A program made the position numbers and the translations under genes. A stretch of 60,422 bases of DNA, counting the filler, from Globobulimina sp. (taxonomy: Eukaryota), in the NCBI GenBank assembly GCA_003354225.1. It is 14 parts of 14 records of this genome, joined end to end, with 100 filler letters (N's around TTAATTAATTAA, not from the genome) between each part and the next. Parts side by side here need not be neighbours in the genome. Positions count along the whole stretch, not along the records: positions 56,205 to 60,422 come from PIVH01001455.1; 13 more parts are not named here. One strand, written 5' to 3'. The notes under the pieces were generated by a model. It was not told where the DNA came from, ran no database searches, and saw nothing but the letters and a program-made list of their open reading frames with translations. This document shows, in pieces, positions 56,454-60,422 of this stretch (positions are counted from its first letter, which is position 1; the number at the start of each line of letters is the position of its first letter).

Positions 56454-57389
56454 CCAACACCAAGTCCAACACAAAATCCTATTCCAGCACCAACAAAAAA
56501 TCCCATTCCAGCAACAAAAAATCCTACGCCAGCACCAACACAAAATCCCATTCCAGCACCAACAAAAAATCCTACTCCAGCACCAACATTAACCCCTTCA
56601 TTTGCTCCATCATTATCTCCATCATTATCACCTACTTTGGCTCCCAGTAATGCCCCATCATTATCTCCGCATTCTACACCCACCAATGTACCGAGTATGC
56701 CACCTACAACTCCATCACTCATAAATACGCTCTATTTCCCCACACAAACCCTTGTCGTGACTGCAGCAAATGATATTGCTGTTGATGATGATATTACAAC
56801 TTCGAATTCAGAAAACATGGATCATGTGGAAGGAGATGCATATGGCAATGTTTTGGAAGACTGGATGTTTATTGGCGGTGGAGGACTGTTTGCAATGTTT
56901 TGTCTGTGCTGTATTCTGATTCTCTTGTTTTGTGTGTGTAGGCGTGTAATGTGGAAGAAAAAAATGTCAAAAATTAAGGATTCATATAATGAGACTACGG
57001 AAATGACGAAAGTAGCTTCCATTTCTAATCAAGCCATTCCAGTGCAGAATAATATTGTCAGTGCCTCCCGATCGGCTGAGGGGAACTCGAATGGCACAAT
57101 GAATATAAGCATGGAGGGGGAAGCTGTCAAAAGTATGAATTCCAATCATGTCTCACCCAAATCGAATGATATATTGATGATGCATGTCATGTCAGGATTG
57201 TCAGCGTTGACTCCAATGGGGGTTGATGTATATGACAATGATGGCAATGCCATAACGCATATGGCATCACAGAATACTGATAGTGTGATTGTGGACAAAT
57301 TTCATGATGGGATTAATGATATGATCATAGAATCAAGTGACGAGAATATAGGTTGTGGCGAAGTTACAATTGGTAAAAAACCGCAATGA
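56454..57389 (+). CDS. Type I membrane protein with mucin-like PT/PS stalk, last exon (5' exons upstream)
   Basis: (PAPTKNP)n and (APSLSP)n repeats, a single TM helix followed by RRVMWKKK, and a cytoplasmic tail. Confidence 0.7.
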   Translation, partial: PTPSPTQNPIPAPTKNPIPATKNPTPAPTQNPIPAPTKNPTPAPTLTPSFAPSLSPSLSPTLAPSNAPSLSPHSTPTNVPSMPPTTPSLINTLYFPTQTLVVTAANDIAVDDDITTSNSENMDHVEGDAYGNVLEDWMFIGGGGLFAMFCLCCILILLFCVCRRVMWKKKMSKIKDSYNETTEMTKVASISNQAIPVQNNIVSASRSAEGNSNGTMNISMEGEAVKSMNSNHVSPKSNDILMMHVMSGLSALTPMGVDVYDNDGNAITHMASQNTDSVIVDKFHDGINDMIIESSDENIGCGEVTIGKKPQ

Positions 57390-57780
57390 ACTTTGGGAAA
57401 TGATGAGGATTATGTTTCTTCTTAAAACTCTAGCTTCGTTGATAAGGTTTCATAAACATTGTAATTATTACGTATATACAAACAATGTCATTCTTGTAAA
57501 TTTGTTTTTCCCAAAACTGTTTCAGACAGCATGTCGTAACATTGCTTGTACCACCAACATTGTCAAGATATGCAAGGATTGTTGATCACATGCCATACAA
57601 TTCTTTGTTTATCATTTTACAACGCAGCCAACGCATATCCTAACAGTTTCGTTTTTGTATATTCATTTTTTTATAATTAATATTTAATTTATTATACACT
57701 AACCAGCATGTTATGATATTTGGGGAGAATTAAACCATAATTTAACCGCAACCGAAATATTTGCAATTAAGAGTAGTATT

Positions 57781-60422
57781 TATACATTAAATAATAATTT
57801 CACTGTCCGCTGCGCCTTCATTGATTTAGGGGACGGCACCGCATTCATTGGCGCATTGAGCGAATACGTAGCATTAAACAATTCGCAATATCCCACAGCA
57901 CCAATATCATCGTGTGCTCTTTTCAAAGACTGTCCGTTCCACGAAAATGACTTACAAACAGGAGAGTCAATATTATTGTACAGATGGTCAAAAAGCAGGA
58001 TTATGGAATACCGCAACCTTTCATTATCACAATCATTTGATAGCAATTCCTATTTATTAGTGACATGCAATAAAAACTTAACTTTGACTGAGGACTATTT
58101 ATTATTGCCATTTAATGACGATTTTGTTAGCCAGAGTTTTGAAGCACATGTCAGCGGCGGCTGTTATCACGTAAAACATGCAAATATTCGAGGCTATGAA
58201 TGCAAGAATGAAAAGGCGAATTTTTGGAATAGCAATCAACATCATTTTCATTTAGATTCTAGCACTTGTTTTTGTGGTGGATGTTGTTCCTGGAACACTG
58301 ATTCTGTTGCATCCGAAGATAATTTTGGATTTTATTGGGTTGCACAGACTAACCCTTTATTTTCATGTACTTCTACACTGACTTCAACCACAGAGTTAAG
58401 TACATAATTAACACATTCTCTTTGTGTGTACAGTATATATTTATCGATTAAGTTATTGGATCGGAAGCATAATAACATTGCAATTGCTTGACATTGCCGG
58501 AATATGTGAGGTATTACCAACCAAATGGTTCACTGCAAACTCATTAAGTTCACCAACGGAATGGATAGATATTATAAATAATAGCGCAGCAATTGGCAGT
58601 GGCTTAAAGCAGGGGAATAAAGATGGCAATGCCTACGTGTACGGCGGCACAGATTCAACATTAAGTTTACCAGTTTCATTAACAACATTTCCAGGCTATA
58701 CTTTGATCCATGTCTGCAAATATAATGGAGCTGCACAAGGAAGAATACTGGAGGCAACTTCTGTGAATTGGCTGTCTGGTTTCCATGTTGAGGGAATAGG
58801 GTTGGCTTTCCACCAAACCACAGCCACTGACTTGTATCACGATGGCTGGTTGGCATGGCACAATGCATCCGACTACAATGTGGACGAATGGCTGATCAGC
58901 ACTGATCAAATTAATATATATCGCGCCAATTTTGAAGTCATTCCGCCACATTGCTGTCCCGCTGGCAATCCGCCATTCGATAAGATATTATATCCGTTCG
59001 CTGATCCGGGACAGATAACAATTAATAACGGATTGCGAGCGAATTTTGGTGAAACATCTGACTGGGCCTGCAGCGAAATCATAATATTTGAAGATATGGA
59101 GCTTGCCACCAATGAGATACAATGTATTGAGGTGTTATTAGCCGAGAAATATGCATCTAATGTCATACCGAGTGTATGCAATGGTTGTTGGAGTGATTAT
59201 TATGATAATGCGGTCTGGTGTGCTGCGAATAGTTTTGGTTGCCATCCCAATGCGTTATTAGATGGTGATTTAAGTACTGCGTGGAATGCGTGTTGGGGCG
59301 CTGGTTGTTGTCTGTATGAAATTGATTGGGTCGTTTTTGATTTTGGCCAGGCGATAAAATTAAAATTATTTGGTTTGTATGCTTACGGCGATGTTACTCA
59401 TGACATTAAAACATTTGAATTGCAGTACAATAGCAACGGATTAGATTCTTTGTCGTGGATTGCACTCAAACAATGGACTGCTGCGAGTGGTGGAGTCGGA
59501 TGGCAGTATTTTGATATTAATATTACTCAACAAACGAATTATTATCAATATTGGAGATTATATATTACCGAAAGATATTCTAAATACCAAACATATTTAA
59601 ATGAGGTTCATTTTCTCACTGAGAATACAACAAATATCATGCCACAGACTTTATGCCCAACATCAGCACCAACCATAGCACCTTCATTAATGCCTTCGTT
59701 GGCTCCTTCTTTAACTCCTTCAATCGCCCCATCATTAGCACCGAGTATTGCTCCCAGCGTAGCTCCCTCATTAACTCCATCCATTGCTCCTTCGTTGACA
59801 CCTACTTTATCGCCATCATTAGCACCATCCAAAGCACCTTCAATTGCACCGTCATTAACTCCTACGCTGTCTCCTTCGTTGGCACCATCTGTATCTCCAA
59901 CCATCAGTCCAAGTTTTGCCCCATCATTGTCACCAAGTATAGCTCCCAGCGTAGCACCATCATTAAGACCAAGTAGTGCACCAACTTTAGCCCCATCATC
60001 AAATCCTAGTTTATCTCCAAGTATTGCACCCAGTTCAGCTCCCACTATCAGTCCAACTTTAGCGCCATCATTATCACCAAGTATAGCTCCCAGCGTAGCA
60101 CCAACATTAGTACCAACCATTGCGCCTTCATTACCTCCATCATTAGCTCCTACACTGTCACCCTCATTGACACCCACTTTAGCTCCAAGTTTAGCTCCCT
60201 CATCAAATCCTACTTTGTCTCCGAGTATCAGTCCAAGTTTAGCACCATCTGTATCACCTACTTTACCACCAACTGCTGCCCCAATTATCGCACCATCAGC
60301 AGCCCCGTCTTTAGCTACAAACACTCCTTCCAATACACCTTCATTTGCTCCGTCTTTAGCACCAAGTATCGCACCATCATCATTAGCACCTTCGTCGGCT
60401 CCTTCTTTCCCCCCAACCACCG
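57781..60422 (+). CDS. Large cell-surface protein with a Cys-containing module, a ConA/LamG-like lectin, an F5/8C discoidin-like domain and an APSLTP mucin stalk; intron 58395-58452; ends unresolved
   Basis: Splice gives STTDYWIG; frame 58454-60422 is open (YTLIHVCKYNG...NWLSGFH; DGDLSTAWN...WVVFDFG...YWRLYI); absent from the ORF track because it has no stop in the window. Confidence 0.7.
59650..60422 (+). repeat. Coding tetrapeptide repeat array [A/T/S]-P-[S/T]-[L/I/V]
   Basis: 12-bp periodicity (GCNCCNTCNTTA-like) over about 770 bp. Confidence 0.9.

Noticed and set aside
59608-60420. 270-aa minus-strand GA-repeat ORF (also 56447-56722)
   Set aside because: Antisense shadow of the plus-strand AP(S/T)L mucin repeats.

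Overview
This window is not one locus. It is 14 unrelated contigs of about 4.22 kb (complete ones fall from 4226 to 4219 bp), joined by 100-bp N44-TTAATTAATTAA-N44 spacers, so context across spacers is meaningless. Most contigs come from an AT-rich, gene-dense protist with short GT-AG introns; a rhizarian/foraminiferan is inferred from the gene-family mix but not proven. Recognisable genes include DHCR24, a C2H2 factor, GH31, GALE, TMEM135, an S10 carboxypeptidase, an LRR protein, a Ras-like GTPase, ADPRM, NEMF and WASHC4. Two contigs look foreign: 17306-21529 resembles a giant-virus polysaccharide-synthesis cluster, and 30277-34499 resembles a temperate archaeal (Nitrosopumilus-type) virus with an integrase and a tRNA-Ser-like att core. 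The most striking element is at 45883-46172 (minus strand), where a U1-like snRNA sits inside the anticodon loop of a tRNA-shaped Pol III unit with A box, B box and a T8 terminator. Second is contig 51886-56104, an endonuclease-less Penelope-like retroelement with a variant minimal hammerhead in its 5' UTR and ORF1 joined in frame to the RT across a single UGA in a CAR-YYA readthrough context. All homology calls come from motif recognition, not database searches.
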